Assembly (NCBI GenBank): GCA_963844935.1 | Contig: CAWJQH010000003.1 | Location: 172,430-236,429, forward strand | Reading direction: 5' to 3' | Source: an uncultured Bacteroidales bacterium | Lineage (GTDB): Bacteria; Bacteroidota; Bacteroidia; Bacteroidales; VadinHA17 | Length of the DNA stretch: 64,000 nt | Shown: positions 9,400 to 19,371 of the stretch, one piece after another | Numbering within the stretch: position 1 is the first letter of the stretch | Layout: every line of letters starts with the position of its first letter | Position numbers and translations under genes: made by a program | The notes under the pieces: model-generated | The model's input: the letters and a program-made list of their open reading frames with translations, nothing else | Told to the model about the DNA's origin: nothing | Database searches by the model: none

Positions 9400-10803
9400 A
9401 TGGAGGCAAAGACACTTTTTGACAAGATCTGGGATGACCATTTGGTGAGCCATATCGAGGATGGTCCGGATGTGCTTTATATCGATCAGCACTATATTCA
9501 CGAGGTAACCAGCCCCCAGGCTTTCAACGGCCTTCATGAAAGGGGTATAAAGGTTTTCAGACCGGAGCAGACTCTTGCCGTTGCCGACCACAATATCCCC
9601 ACAATCAACCAGGACAAGCAGATAAAGGACGAATTGTCAAGGAACCAGGTTACAAAACTGGCTGAAAACTGTGAGAGATACGGTATTAACATGTTCGGCC
9701 TTAATCACCCCAAAAACGGCATTGTTCATGTAATCGGTCCTGAACTTGGCTATACCCGTCCCGGAATGACTATTGTCTGCGGCGACAGCCACACTTCAAC
9801 GCACGGAGCATTCGGAACTATAGCCTTCGGCATCGGAACCAGCGAGGTTGAAATGGTGCTTGCAACGCAGTGCATCCTTCAGACCAGGCCACTGAAGATG
9901 AGAATAACGGTCAACGGCAGTTTGAATGAGGGGGTCACATCAAAGGATCTTATAATGTATATCATTTCGCAGATCTCTGCCAGCGGAGCCACAGGGTATT
10001 TCATCGAGTACGCCGGACAGGCAATAAGGGATCTGAGCATGGAGGCACGCATGACAGTATGCAACATGAGTATCGAAATGGGTGCGCGCGGCGGACTGAT
10101 AGCTCCCGATGAGACAACATTGAAGTATTTAAAGGGACTTCCCTCCTTTCCCGGAAATTTCAACCCGGGTGATTCTTTAAAAAGATGGGAAAAGCTGAAG
10201 AGTGACCCTGATGCAAAATTCGACAGTGAACTTGAATTCGATGCCGGTAAAATAAAACCCATGATCACCTATGGCACCAATCCTGGCATGGGAATGGCAA
10301 TAGACGGAAAGATCCCGGATGCCGGAGAGACCGGAAGAGATGATTCGGAATCATTCCTTAAGTCTCTCGCCTACATGGGCTTCAAGCCCGGAATGAAGCT
10401 TCTGGGACACCCCGTGGATTATGTATTCGTCGGAAGCTGTACAAACGGAAGAATTGAAGATCTGAGGGCATTTGCCCGGGTGGTCAGGGGAAGGAAGAAG
10501 GCGCCCAACATCACAGCACTGATTGTCCCGGGTTCAAAAATGGTTGAACAGCAGGCAATCAGTGAAGGATTGGTTAAAATCCTTAATGATGCGGGATTTG
10601 AACTGAGACAACCAGGATGCTCTTCATGCCTTGCAATGAATGAAGACAAGATCCCTTCAGGGAAATATGCCGTCTCAACCTCCAACAGGAACTTTGAAGG
10701 AAGGCAGGGCCCTGGAGCAAGGACACTCCTTGCAAGCCCCCTGACGGCGGCGGCGGCAGCAGTCACCGGAGTGATAACCGACCCCGGGGAATTAATCAGC
10801 TGA
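9400..10803 (+). CDS. leuC: 3-isopropylmalate dehydratase large subunit
   Basis: Aconitase-family motifs [34 protein letters not shown] and GCSSCLAMN. Confidence 0.94.
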   Translation: MEAKTLFDKIWDDHLVSHIEDGPDVLYIDQHYIHEVTSPQAFNGLHERGIKVFRPEQTLAVADHNIPTINQDKQIKDELSRNQVTKLAENCERYGINMFGLNHPKNGIVHVIGPELGYTRPGMTIVCGDSHTSTHGAFGTIAFGIGTSEVEMVLATQCILQTRPLKMRITVNGSLNEGVTSKDLIMYIISQISASGATGYFIEYAGQAIRDLSMEARMTVCNMSIEMGARGGLIAPDETTLKYLKGLPSFPGNFNPGDSLKRWEKLKSDPDAKFDSELEFDAGKIKPMITYGTNPGMGMAIDGKIPDAGETGRDDSESFLKSLAYMGFKPGMKLLGHPVDYVFVGSCTNGRIEDLRAFARVVRGRKKAPNITALIVPGSKMVEQQAISEGLVKILNDAGFELRQPGCSSCLAMNEDKIPSGKYAVSTSNRNFEGRQGPGARTLLASPLTAAAAAVTGVITDPGELIS

Positions 10804-10827
10804 TAAAACTCCATCGAATAAACCGAC

Positions 10828-11442
10828 ATGATGAAAACCAAATTCGATATCCTTAATTCAACCTGCGTTCCGCTGCCTTACGAAAACGTGGATACTGATC
10901 AGATTATTCCCGCAAGATTCCTGAGCTCGACATCCAGGGAAGGCTTCGGGGAGAACCTGTTCCGCGACTGGAGATATGATAAATCAGGAAAGAAAAACCC
11001 GGAATTCAGCCTGAATGACCCTGCATACAGCGGAAAAATTCTTATTGCAGGTAAAAACTTCGGATGCGGCTCAAGCCGTGAACATGCCGTCTGGGCTGTG
11101 TACGACTACGGTTTCAGGGCAGTGATATCAAGCTTTTTCGCTGATATATTCAGGAACAACGCGCTCAACAACGGCCTCCTGCCGGTGGTGATACCCGAAA
11201 AACTGCTGGCAGAGCTTCTGGACCTTATAAAGAAAAGCCCCGGAACCATCGTGAGAATAGACCTCCGGGAACAGCTGGTAACAGTTCCCGCTATGGGAAA
11301 ATCTTCACGGTTTGAGATAAATCCGTATAAGAAGGAATGTCTCCTGAAAGGTCTTGATGATATCGAATACCTTCTGGGTATGCAGGATCTTATAAGAGAC
11401 TATGAAATCAAAACGCATGCAGATGAGAATCGAAATAACTGA
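10828..11442 (+). CDS. leuD: 3-isopropylmalate dehydratase small subunit
   Basis: DTDQIIPARFL and GKNFGCGSSREHA; immediately follows leuC. Confidence 0.92.
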   Translation: MMKTKFDILNSTCVPLPYENVDTDQIIPARFLSSTSREGFGENLFRDWRYDKSGKKNPEFSLNDPAYSGKILIAGKNFGCGSSREHAVWAVYDYGFRAVISSFFADIFRNNALNNGLLPVVIPEKLLAELLDLIKKSPGTIVRIDLREQLVTVPAMGKSSRFEINPYKKECLLKGLDDIEYLLGMQDLIRDYEIKTHADENRNN

Positions 11443-12985
11443 TACAACGCTGAGGGATGGAGAACAGACCCAGGGCGTTTCATATCCTCCCCTCGAAAAA
11501 CTCCATATTGCAACACTTCTGCTTAAAGATGTGAATGTGGATCATCTTGAGGTAGCTTCCGCAAGGGTCTCCTCCGGGGAGTTTGAAGCTATAAGCAGGA
11601 TCACCGAATGGGCCCGCCAGAATGATCTCCTGAGTAAAATCGAGGTCCTTGGTTTTGTTGACGGAGAGGTGTCAGTCAGATGGATCAGCGATGCCGGCTG
11701 CAAGGTTGTCAACCTGCTCTGCAAGGGATCATTGCGTCACCTCGAAAAACAACTCCGCAAAACTCCTGCCCAGCATGTGAGCGACATCAGGGAGATTATT
11801 GCAAAGGCAGGTGAGCTTGAAATGCAGGTCAATATCTACCTGGAAGACTGGTCCAACGGAATGATCCATTCGGAAGATTATGTTTATTTCATGATGGATT
11901 CACTTAAAGATGAGAGGATAAAAAGGTTCATGCTCCCCGATACGCTCGGAATACTTAACCCGGAACAGACCTTCAGTTTCTGCAAAAAGATGATTGATAA
12001 ATATCCTTCACTGCATTTTGATTTTCATGCGCACAACGATTATGACCTTGCCGTTGCAAATGTTTTCGCTGCAGTGCAGGCAGGCATCCACGGAATACAT
12101 ACAACGGTGAATGGCCTCGGTGAAAGGGCCGGCAATGCGCCGCTCTCAAGCGTCATAGGGATACTGCGTGATCATCTCGGAGCAGAGACAGGCGTTAACG
12201 AGTTTGAGATCACCAGGGTCAGCAAGATTGTTGAAACATTCAGCGGGATACGCATACCTGTTAACAAACCCATTATCGGTGAGAATGTGTTTACCCAGAC
12301 ATCAGGCATTCATGCTGACGGCGACAGCAAGGACAACCTTTATTTCAACAACCTGCTTCCTGAACGATTCGGAAGAAAACGGAAATATGCCCTGGGGAAA
12401 CAGTCAGGCAAGGCAACAATCAGGAAGAACCTTGAAGAATTCGGCCTGTTCCTCAATCCCGAATCCCTGAACAAGGTGACTCAAAGAGTGATTGAACTCG
12501 GCGATAAAAAGGAGAATGTAACAACTGATGACCTTCCGTTTATAATAGCGGATGTCCTTGGCAGTGACCCGATCGACTACAGGATCTTCATTAAGAATTA
12601 TTCCCTTTCCCTGTCTTATGGCCTGAAGCCGTTTGCCAGCGTCCAGATAGAGATAAACGGCAATCTTTACCAGGAAACATCCTCCGGTGACGGACAATAC
12701 GATGCTTTTATGAGGGCCATCAGAATTATATATGACAAACTGGGAAAGGAAATTCCTTTGCTCACTGATTACCAGGTGTCCATTCCGCCGGGAGGGAGGA
12801 CTGATGCGCTGGTTGAAACAGTTATAACATGGAATCACCGGGGAAATGAGTTCAGGACAAAAGGCCTCGATGCCGACCAGACTGAGTCGGCGATAAAGGC
12901 AACTGAAAAAATGCTGAATATTATTGAGAAGAATGAAAATGCTTTAAATGGAAAAATACTAATAAACACACCGCATGAAGTTTAA
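11417..12985 (+). CDS. second LeuA-family synthase, probably (R)-citramalate synthase (cimA-like)
   Basis: [26 protein letters not shown] and a C-terminal LeuA-dimer domain. It is distinct from leuA upstream. The start is ambiguous (track 11402; ATG 11417 or 11423) and overlaps the end of leuD. Confidence 0.7.
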   Translation: MQMRIEITDTTLRDGEQTQGVSYPPLEKLHIATLLLKDVNVDHLEVASARVSSGEFEAISRITEWARQNDLLSKIEVLGFVDGEVSVRWISDAGCKVVNLLCKGSLRHLEKQLRKTPAQHVSDIREIIAKAGELEMQVNIYLEDWSNGMIHSEDYVYFMMDSLKDERIKRFMLPDTLGILNPEQTFSFCKKMIDKYPSLHFDFHAHNDYDLAVANVFAAVQAGIHGIHTTVNGLGERAGNAPLSSVIGILRDHLGAETGVNEFEITRVSKIVETFSGIRIPVNKPIIGENVFTQTSGIHADGDSKDNLYFNNLLPERFGRKRKYALGKQSGKATIRKNLEEFGLFLNPESLNKVTQRVIELGDKKENVTTDDLPFIIADVLGSDPIDYRIFIKNYSLSLSYGLKPFASVQIEINGNLYQETSSGDGQYDAFMRAIRIIYDKLGKEIPLLTDYQVSIPPGGRTDALVETVITWNHRGNEFRTKGLDADQTESAIKATEKMLNIIEKNENALNGKILINTPHEV

Positions 12986-14042
12986 CATTGCAGTTTTGCC
13001 CGGAGACGGTATCGGCCCGGAGATTATTGAACAGGCAAAGAAAGTTGTACAGGCTGTCTGTAAGCGATTTAACCATTCGGTCGTTTTCAACTTTGGCCTC
13101 GTTGGTGCAATTGCAATTGATCAGACCGGAACTCCCCTGCCTGATAAAACCCTTGAATTGTGCAAATCGTCTGATGCAGTTCTTTTCGGGGCTATCGGTC
13201 ACCCAAAATATGATAATGATCCCTCTGTAAAGGTCCGGCCTGAGCAGGGCCTTCTCGCCATGCGAAAGGAGCTTGGCTTATATGCAAATATCAGACCTGT
13301 AACAACCTTTCCTGCCCTGATAGATAAATCGCCCCTTAAAAGAGAGATCGTGGAGGGAGCAGATATTTTAATAGTCAGGGAACTTACGGGAGGTCTCTAT
13401 TTCGGAAAGCCCCAGGGAAGGTCTGAGGATGGAAACACTGCTTATGATTCTTGTGTCTACAGTCGCTATGAGATTGAGCGTGTTGTAAAACTTGCCTGTG
13501 AATATGCAATGTCACGTACACGCAAACTCACCGTCGTCGACAAGGCTAATGTTCTTGCCACATCACGGTTATGGCGTGAGACTGCAACTGAAACTGCCAA
13601 GGCGTACAAAGATCTTACGGTCGATTTTATGTTTGTCGATAATGCTGCAATGCAGCTGATACAAAATCCGAAAAGATTTGATGTGATTGTAACTGAAAAC
13701 ATGTTCGGGGATATCCTTTCTGATGAGGCAAGCGTCATAACCGGATCGCTGGGACTTTTGCCATCAGCATCTGTGGGATTGTCAACATCGGTATTTGAAC
13801 CGATACACGGTTCCTATCCCCAGGCAGCCGGAAAGAATATTGCAAATCCGCTTGGCACGATACTCTCAGCAGCCATGATGTTCGATATTGCATTCAAACT
13901 CAAAGAAGAGGCTGACACCATAAAAAGGGCCGTTGAAAAATCCCTTGAAGAAAATTTTGTTACTGAAGATCTCAGCAGGACTGATCCAAAATCCACGTCA
14001 GATGTAGGTGACCGGATCAGCCATTTCATTCTTAATAATTGA
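12975..14042 (+). CDS. leuB: 3-isopropylmalate dehydrogenase
   Basis: [19 protein letters not shown] and [12 protein letters not shown]; 355 aa; overlaps the upstream gene by 11 nt. Confidence 0.94.
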   Translation: MKFNIAVLPGDGIGPEIIEQAKKVVQAVCKRFNHSVVFNFGLVGAIAIDQTGTPLPDKTLELCKSSDAVLFGAIGHPKYDNDPSVKVRPEQGLLAMRKELGLYANIRPVTTFPALIDKSPLKREIVEGADILIVRELTGGLYFGKPQGRSEDGNTAYDSCVYSRYEIERVVKLACEYAMSRTRKLTVVDKANVLATSRLWRETATETAKAYKDLTVDFMFVDNAAMQLIQNPKRFDVIVTENMFGDILSDEASVITGSLGLLPSASVGLSTSVFEPIHGSYPQAAGKNIANPLGTILSAAMMFDIAFKLKEEADTIKRAVEKSLEENFVTEDLSRTDPKSTSDVGDRISHFILNN

Positions 14043-14127
14043 GAGAATAACAGGTGATGAAGTTTGTGAAAAATTAACAATATCTCATTAATTCATGTCA
14101 TCCGATTGGTTTTGTTTAAAATTCAAT

Positions 14128-14135
14128 TATTTTTG
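14128..14135 (+). promoter_or_regulatory. -7 promoter motif TATTTTTG
   Basis: Exact TAnnTTTG match 20 nt upstream of the aromatic leader ATG, with TTTG at 14111-14114 upstream. Confidence 0.45.
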
Positions 14136-14155
14136 TAAGCCGGTAAGAGAACAAA

Positions 14156-14221
14156 ATGAATAGCTTACACAAGAATTTTAACCTCTATTACTATTTCTGG
14201 TTTTATTTTGAAAGCCGGTAA
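14156..14221 (+). CDS. aromatic amino acid operon leader peptide (MNSLHKNFNLYYYFWFYFESR)
   Basis: 21-codon ATG ORF containing 4 Phe, 4 Tyr and 1 Trp. Eight consecutive aromatic codons (YYYFWFYF) sit at positions 11-18, and a terminator hairpin follows 41 nt later. Confidence 0.75.
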   Translation: MNSLHKNFNLYYYFWFYFESR

Positions 14222-14262
14222 GGGGGATTGTTGTGTACAGATAATAGAAATTATATGAAAGC

Positions 14263-14290
14263 AAGGGCCCCCGGAAAAGGGCCCTTTTTT
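14263..14290 (+). terminator. attenuator terminator of the aromatic leader
   Basis: AAGGGCCC (14263-14270) pairs with GGGCCCTT (14279-14286) across an 8-nt loop, followed by a T-run to 14290. The pheA ATG is at 14307. Confidence 0.7.
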
Positions 14291-14306
14291 GTTAATGAAC
14301 TTTGAG

Positions 14307-15137
14307 ATGAAAATAGCGATACAGGGAGAAAAAGGAAGTTTTCATGATGTGGCTGCAAGGCAATATTTCGGCTCTGATGAGATAGAACTGGTGGAGTGCC
14401 CGACATTTGATATGACTGTCAATGCCGCAAAACAGGGAAGCGCTGATTTTGCAGTAATGGCAATTGAGAATGCACGATCCGGAAGTATCCTTTACAATTA
14501 CACACTTTTAAGGGAATCAGGACTTAAGATTTTCGGTGAGCATAATGTCAGGATAAAGCAGAATCTTATGGCACTTCCCGGCCAGCTGATATCGGAAATC
14601 AGAGAAATAAGGTCACACCCGATAGCGCTTGCCCAGTGCATGGAATTTCTTAACCGGTATCCGGAAATAATGCTTATTGAGAGCGCCGACACTGCAGGCA
14701 GTGCAAGAATTATAAAAGAAACCGGCCTTCACGGGGTCGCTGCAATAGGCCCTTCAACCGCAGCAAAAATTTATGGCCTTAACATACTTGCAGAGGGTAT
14801 TGAGACCTACAAAAAGAATTACACCAGGTTTCTTGTCATCGGGAACAAGAAAAATCAGAACAGGGAAGGAAACAAAATCTCTGTCTGTTTTGCCACCGGC
14901 CACAAACCAGGTTCACTGGCTGCCGTGCTGGTTGTGCTTGCTGAGATGAATATTAACCTCTCCAAGATTCAATCTGTTCCGCGACTGAACGGTGAGTGGG
15001 AATATATGTTCTACCTTGACCTCGAGTTAAGTAATGGCACAAGCGCGGCGATGGTTGAAAAAGCACTGGAGAAACACACAAGCAACCTGGAAGTGCTGGG
15101 AGTTTACAACAAAAACAATACGCTCCATGAAAGTTAA
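14307..15137 (+). CDS. pheA: prephenate dehydratase
   Basis: PDT domain (KIAIQGEKGSFH ...) plus a C-terminal ACT domain (ISVCFATGHKPGSLAAVL). The track ORF starts at 14289 (TTG); ATG 14307 or 14295 is more likely. Confidence 0.88.
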   Translation: MKIAIQGEKGSFHDVAARQYFGSDEIELVECPTFDMTVNAAKQGSADFAVMAIENARSGSILYNYTLLRESGLKIFGEHNVRIKQNLMALPGQLISEIREIRSHPIALAQCMEFLNRYPEIMLIESADTAGSARIIKETGLHGVAAIGPSTAAKIYGLNILAEGIETYKKNYTRFLVIGNKKNQNREGNKISVCFATGHKPGSLAAVLVVLAEMNINLSKIQSVPRLNGEWEYMFYLDLELSNGTSAAMVEKALEKHTSNLEVLGVYNKNNTLHES

Positions 15138-16320
15138 CCCGGCTGACCGCACACTCACTGTGCAGGAATACTATTTCTCCCAGAAACTCCGGCAGATTGA
15201 CCAGATGAGGAAAGCCGGAGCCAGCATCATCAGTCTTGGAATAGGCAGCCCTGATCAGGCTCCGTCAGAGAATACCGTAAGGCGGCTTATTGAAGAAAGT
15301 ACCAGATCAACCTCGCATGGCTACCAGAGCTATATCGGCATTCCTGAACTGCGGAATGCCTTTGCCGGCTGGTATAAAAAATATTTCGGGGTTGAGCTCA
15401 ATCCTGACAATGAGATCATTCCGCTCATGGGCAGCAAGGAGGGTATCATGCACATCAGCATGGCCTTTGTAAACCAGGGCGATGAAGTCCTCATTCCTGA
15501 CCCCGGTTACCCGACCTACTCGTCAGTGACAAACCTTGTCGGCGGAAAAATCAGGTACTATGAGCTTGATGAAAGAACAGGCTGGATGCCTGACCTGCAA
15601 GCCCTTGAGCTTCTTGACCTGAGCAAGGTGAAACTGATGTGGCTCAATTACCCGCATATGCCAACCGGGACGCCCGGGTCAATAAAACTCTTTGAAGACC
15701 TTGTAGCCTTTGCTGACGCTCACTCAATCCTGATCTGCAATGACAATCCATACAGCTTCATACTGAACAGGAATTACCTCAGTCTTTTGTCAGTTGACGG
15801 GGCAAAAGAGGTTGCCCTTGAGCTGAACTCCCTCAGCAAATCCCACAACATGGCCGGATGGCGTGTCGGCATGGTGGCAGGTCACAGTGAGTACCTGAAG
15901 AGCATACTCAGGGTAAAAAGCAATATGGACTCGGGAATGTTCCTCCCCGTACAGAAGGCTGCTGCCGAGGCGCTTAATAATCCGCCGGAGTGGTACGAAC
16001 AGGTTAACCTGGTTTATGAAAAACGCCGCAAAAAAGTCGAAGAGATCATGGACACCCTTGGCTGCAGATATGACAAAAACCAGGTAGGACTGTTTGTCTG
16101 GGGGCGCATACCTGAATCCGTTACCAGCTGCGAGGATTATGTGGAAGGAATTCTTAATGAAGCCGGCGTCTTTATCACCCCGGGATTTATTTTCGGGAGC
16201 AAAGGGGAACGCTATATCCGCATTTCACTGTGCGCCAGTGATGATTTACTTGAAGAAGCTAAAAAGAGAATCTCCTCTTACACTGACATAGTTAACCGGA
16301 CATCAAGAAAAGAAATATGA
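15127..16320 (+). CDS. class I/II PLP aminotransferase (probable aromatic/prephenate aminotransferase by context)
   Basis: NYPHMPTG and the SLSKSHNMAGWRVG PLP-lysine motif. ATG 15127 (MKVNPADR) is preferred over the track start at 15034, which runs inside pheA. Confidence 0.8.
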   Translation: MKVNPADRTLTVQEYYFSQKLRQIDQMRKAGASIISLGIGSPDQAPSENTVRRLIEESTRSTSHGYQSYIGIPELRNAFAGWYKKYFGVELNPDNEIIPLMGSKEGIMHISMAFVNQGDEVLIPDPGYPTYSSVTNLVGGKIRYYELDERTGWMPDLQALELLDLSKVKLMWLNYPHMPTGTPGSIKLFEDLVAFADAHSILICNDNPYSFILNRNYLSLLSVDGAKEVALELNSLSKSHNMAGWRVGMVAGHSEYLKSILRVKSNMDSGMFLPVQKAAAEALNNPPEWYEQVNLVYEKRRKKVEEIMDTLGCRYDKNQVGLFVWGRIPESVTSCEDYVEGILNEAGVFITPGFIFGSKGERYIRISLCASDDLLEEAKKRISSYTDIVNRTSRKEI

Positions 16321-17162
16321 AAATCGCTGTTGTTGGAATAGGTCTTATAGGAGGTTCGATGATGATTGACCTTCGCAAACGTGGTTTTGCCGATAAAATA
16401 ATCGGTGTTGATTCAAATCTTCAGCATCAGAACATAGCAACACTTTGCGGACTTGTCGATGAAATTGATACACTGGAGAATGCGATTGACAGAAGTGATC
16501 TTATCATACTGTCCACTCCGGTCGATGCAAACTGTCAGATGCTGCCGGGTATACTTGACAGGATTGACGGAACTTCCAAAGTTGTGACAGATATGGGTTC
16601 GACTAAAGGAAGCATCTCAAAGATTTCGGAGCACCATCCTAAACGTGGCCGGTACGTAGCCGCCCATCCTATGGCCGGAACCGAATATTCCGGTCCCCTG
16701 GCCGCCATCGGCAGGCTATTCGATTATAAGCCGGCCATCATATGTGATCCTGAACTTTGCGACCATGATGCGCTTGAGCTTGTTGAAAAGATGCTTACGA
16801 CGCTTAATATGCGGATCGTATATATGAAATCGTCAGAACATGACACACATGTCGCTTACGTCTCCCACATTTCGCATATTACTTCATTCTCGCTGGCACT
16901 GACTGTTCTTGACAAGGAGCATGAGGAGCAGAATATCCTGACACTTGCAGGGGGTGGGTTTGAAAGCACGGTGCGTCTGGCAAAAAGCAACGGGGACACC
17001 TGGGCGCCGATCTTTCTTGAGAATTCCAAATTCATCCTTGAAGTAATTGATACATATACTGAAAAAATGAGCCTGTTCAGGAAGATGATTGCCGAAAAAG
17101 ACCTGAATGGCCTGAAGTCACTTATGGATGAGGCCAACAAAATCAGGAAGATACTTAACTAA
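16317..17162 (+). CDS. tyrA: prephenate dehydrogenase
   Basis: KIAVVGIGLIGGSM Rossmann motif, HPMAGTE, and an ATGA overlap with the upstream stop. Confidence 0.85.
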   Translation: MKIAVVGIGLIGGSMMIDLRKRGFADKIIGVDSNLQHQNIATLCGLVDEIDTLENAIDRSDLIILSTPVDANCQMLPGILDRIDGTSKVVTDMGSTKGSISKISEHHPKRGRYVAAHPMAGTEYSGPLAAIGRLFDYKPAIICDPELCDHDALELVEKMLTTLNMRIVYMKSSEHDTHVAYVSHISHITSFSLALTVLDKEHEEQNILTLAGGGFESTVRLAKSNGDTWAPIFLENSKFILEVIDTYTEKMSLFRKMIAEKDLNGLKSLMDEANKIRKILN

Positions 17163-17177
17163 TTAATTTACAGTATC

Positions 17178-18278
17178 ATGGAAACCGCATTAAATACATT
17201 GCCAATACAGGAATGGAGTGGGTATAAAAACCGCCCGTTCCTTATCTCAGGCCCGTGCAGTGCCGAAACTGAGGAACAGGTTATTAAGACAGCCCGTCAG
17301 CTGGCTGAGTTAAAAACAGTGAATATTTTCCGTGCCGGGATCTGGAAACCGCGGACGCGTCCCGATTCATTCGAGGGAGTTGGATCGGAGGGACTGAAAT
17401 GGCTCAGGAGTGTCAAACAGGAAACTGGGCTTCTTGTCGGTACCGAGGTGGCAAATGAAAAGCACGTTTACGAAGCCCTTAAATATGGCATTGATATGCT
17501 GTGGATCGGGGCCAGGACATCTGTAAATCCGTTCACGGTTCAGGAAATATCCGATGCCCTGAAAGGTGTTGATGTGATGGTGCTTGTCAAAAATCCTGTC
17601 AATCCTGAAATCGACCTTTGGATGGGGGCTATTGAACGCATAGCGAAGGCGGGTATCAGGCATCTCGGAGCTATCCACCGCGGTTTTTCCACATATGAGA
17701 AAACAAGCTACAGGAATCAGCCCAACTGGCAGCTTCCCATCGAGCTTCGTCACCGCATTCCTGACCTTCCTCTCATCTGTGACCCAAGCCATATTGCCGG
17801 ATCGAGGGAATTTCTGAGGGAGATCTCCCAGAAAGCTCTTGACCTGAACTTTGACGGCCTGATGATCGAGTCTCATATCGACCCTGATAAAGCTTTGAGC
17901 GATGCGGCACAGCAGGTTACCCCGGATGGTCTCCGGAACCTTTTAAGCAGACTGGTCATTCGTAATCCTGTTGCATCAGATCCGAAGCTGCTTGATATTC
18001 TCGGTGAATTACGCCAGCAGATTGATCTCTTTGATGAACACCTGCTTGATCTCCTGGAAAAGCGCATGAAAGTTGCGGAGACTATCGGGCGGTACAAGAA
18101 GGAGAACAACATCACCATTCTCCAGCCTACCCGCTGGGATGAAATCATAAACAGGGTCATGAGCAAGACGGGGGCCAAGGGACTGAGCGCTGAATTTATT
18201 GATACAATTTTTAAGGCTATTCACCAGGAGTCAATAAATCACCAGATGAAGATAATGAACAACGGAGAGAAAAAATAA
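17178..18278 (+). CDS. bifunctional 3-deoxy-7-phosphoheptulonate (DAHP) synthase type I-beta / chorismate mutase type II
   Basis: The N-terminal ~270 aa form a KDO8P/DAHP-synthase-like TIM barrel (GPCSAE, RAGIWKPRT, CDPSH). The C-terminal ~90 aa form an AroQ chorismate mutase (LRQQIDLFDEHLLDLLEKRMKVAETIGRYK). Confidence 0.85.
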   Translation: METALNTLPIQEWSGYKNRPFLISGPCSAETEEQVIKTARQLAELKTVNIFRAGIWKPRTRPDSFEGVGSEGLKWLRSVKQETGLLVGTEVANEKHVYEALKYGIDMLWIGARTSVNPFTVQEISDALKGVDVMVLVKNPVNPEIDLWMGAIERIAKAGIRHLGAIHRGFSTYEKTSYRNQPNWQLPIELRHRIPDLPLICDPSHIAGSREFLREISQKALDLNFDGLMIESHIDPDKALSDAAQQVTPDGLRNLLSRLVIRNPVASDPKLLDILGELRQQIDLFDEHLLDLLEKRMKVAETIGRYKKENNITILQPTRWDEIINRVMSKTGAKGLSAEFIDTIFKAIHQESINHQMKIMNNGEKK

Positions 18279-18333
18279 TGATACTTGATAAGTGATTATT
18301 ACAGCAATGTTTATGCTATGAACAAATAATTAC

Positions 18334-18341
18334 TATTTTTG
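18334..18341 (+). promoter_or_regulatory. -7 promoter motif TATTTTTG
   Basis: Exact TAnnTTTG match 17 nt upstream of the his leader ATG. Confidence 0.45.
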
Positions 18342-18358
18342 CATCGAACCAGGAAAAC

Positions 18359-18415
18359 ATGTCATTAAACACGTTACATCATCATCATCTTCATACTTGC
18401 ACTCAGGCGAGGTAA
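18359..18415 (+). CDS. his operon leader peptide (MSLNTLHHHHLHTCTQAR)
   Basis: 18-codon ATG ORF in which 5 of 6 consecutive codons are CAT (His). An antiterminator-capable segment overlaps its 3' end and a terminator follows. Confidence 0.8.
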   Translation: MSLNTLHHHHLHTCTQAR

Positions 18416-18446
18416 GAATGGTGTAGTGTAACCATAAATATAACAG

Positions 18447-18478
18447 ACCCGTCTGAGCAGATCAGGCGGGTTTTTTTT
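18447..18478 (+). terminator. attenuator terminator of the his leader
   Basis: 10-bp stem ACCCGTCTGA (18447-18456) / TCAGGCGGGT (18462-18471) with one G-U pair and a GCAGA loop, followed by T8. Confidence 0.8.
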
Positions 18479-18513
18479 CCGTATGGTTTGCTCAGACTAT
18501 AACAAAAGAGAAA

Positions 18514-19371
18514 ATGAGCAAACTGAAAATTGCAATCCAGAAGAGTGGCAGGCTGAGCGAGAGCTCCCGCAAACTGTTCGAAGAATGCGGCATCAAGATC
18601 TCAAACGGTGCAGGAACACTAAAGATCGTAGCCAGTAACTTCCCCATTGAAATACTGTTTCTTCGTGACGATGATATCCCGCAATATGTTGAGCAGGATG
18701 TGGCAGATATCGGGATCGTAGGAGAGAACATGGTTTTTGAAAAAAACAAGGAAGTAGATATCCTTGAACAGCTTGGTTTTGCCGGTTGCAGGCTGAGCCT
18801 GGCCATACCAAAGGAGGATAACTACTCCGGACATGGTTTTTTCATGAACAAGAGAGTGGCAACCAGCTATCCGCGGTTACTGGGTGAATACCTTTTAAAA
18901 AATGATATTACTGCAACGGTTGAAGAGATCAGCGGCAGTGTAGAGATCGCTCCGGGAGTGGGGCTTGCCGATGCAATATGCGATATCGTGAGCTCAGGAA
19001 GCACCCTGCTCATGAACGGGTTAAAGGAGGTGGAGACAATAATGAAAAGCCAGGCAGTAATTATTGCAAACAGGAACATCCCTCCTGATAAAAAGTTAAT
19101 CCTGGAAAAACTGCTCTTCAGGATCAGGGCAGTAAAGAATGCCAGGGAGAACAAGTATATCCTGCTGAATGCTCCCCGTGAGGCCATAACGGAGATCTGC
19201 CAGATTCTGCCCGGCATGAAGAGCCCGACGATACTGCCCCTGGCAGAGGAGGGATGGTGCAGCCTGCACTCCGTAGTGAAAGAGGATGAATTCTGGGATA
19301 GGATAGATCAGCTTAAAAATGCCGGAGCAGAGGGCATCCTCGTAATACCAATAGAAAAAATGGTACTGTGA
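18514..19371 (+). CDS. hisG: ATP phosphoribosyltransferase (long form)
   Basis: 285 aa including the C-terminal regulatory domain; LKIAIQKSGRLSE N-terminus; first gene of the his operon. Confidence 0.92.
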   Translation: MSKLKIAIQKSGRLSESSRKLFEECGIKISNGAGTLKIVASNFPIEILFLRDDDIPQYVEQDVADIGIVGENMVFEKNKEVDILEQLGFAGCRLSLAIPKEDNYSGHGFFMNKRVATSYPRLLGEYLLKNDITATVEEISGSVEIAPGVGLADAICDIVSSGSTLLMNGLKEVETIMKSQAVIIANRNIPPDKKLILEKLLFRIRAVKNARENKYILLNAPREAITEICQILPGMKSPTILPLAEEGWCSLHSVVKEDEFWDRIDQLKNAGAEGILVIPIEKMVL

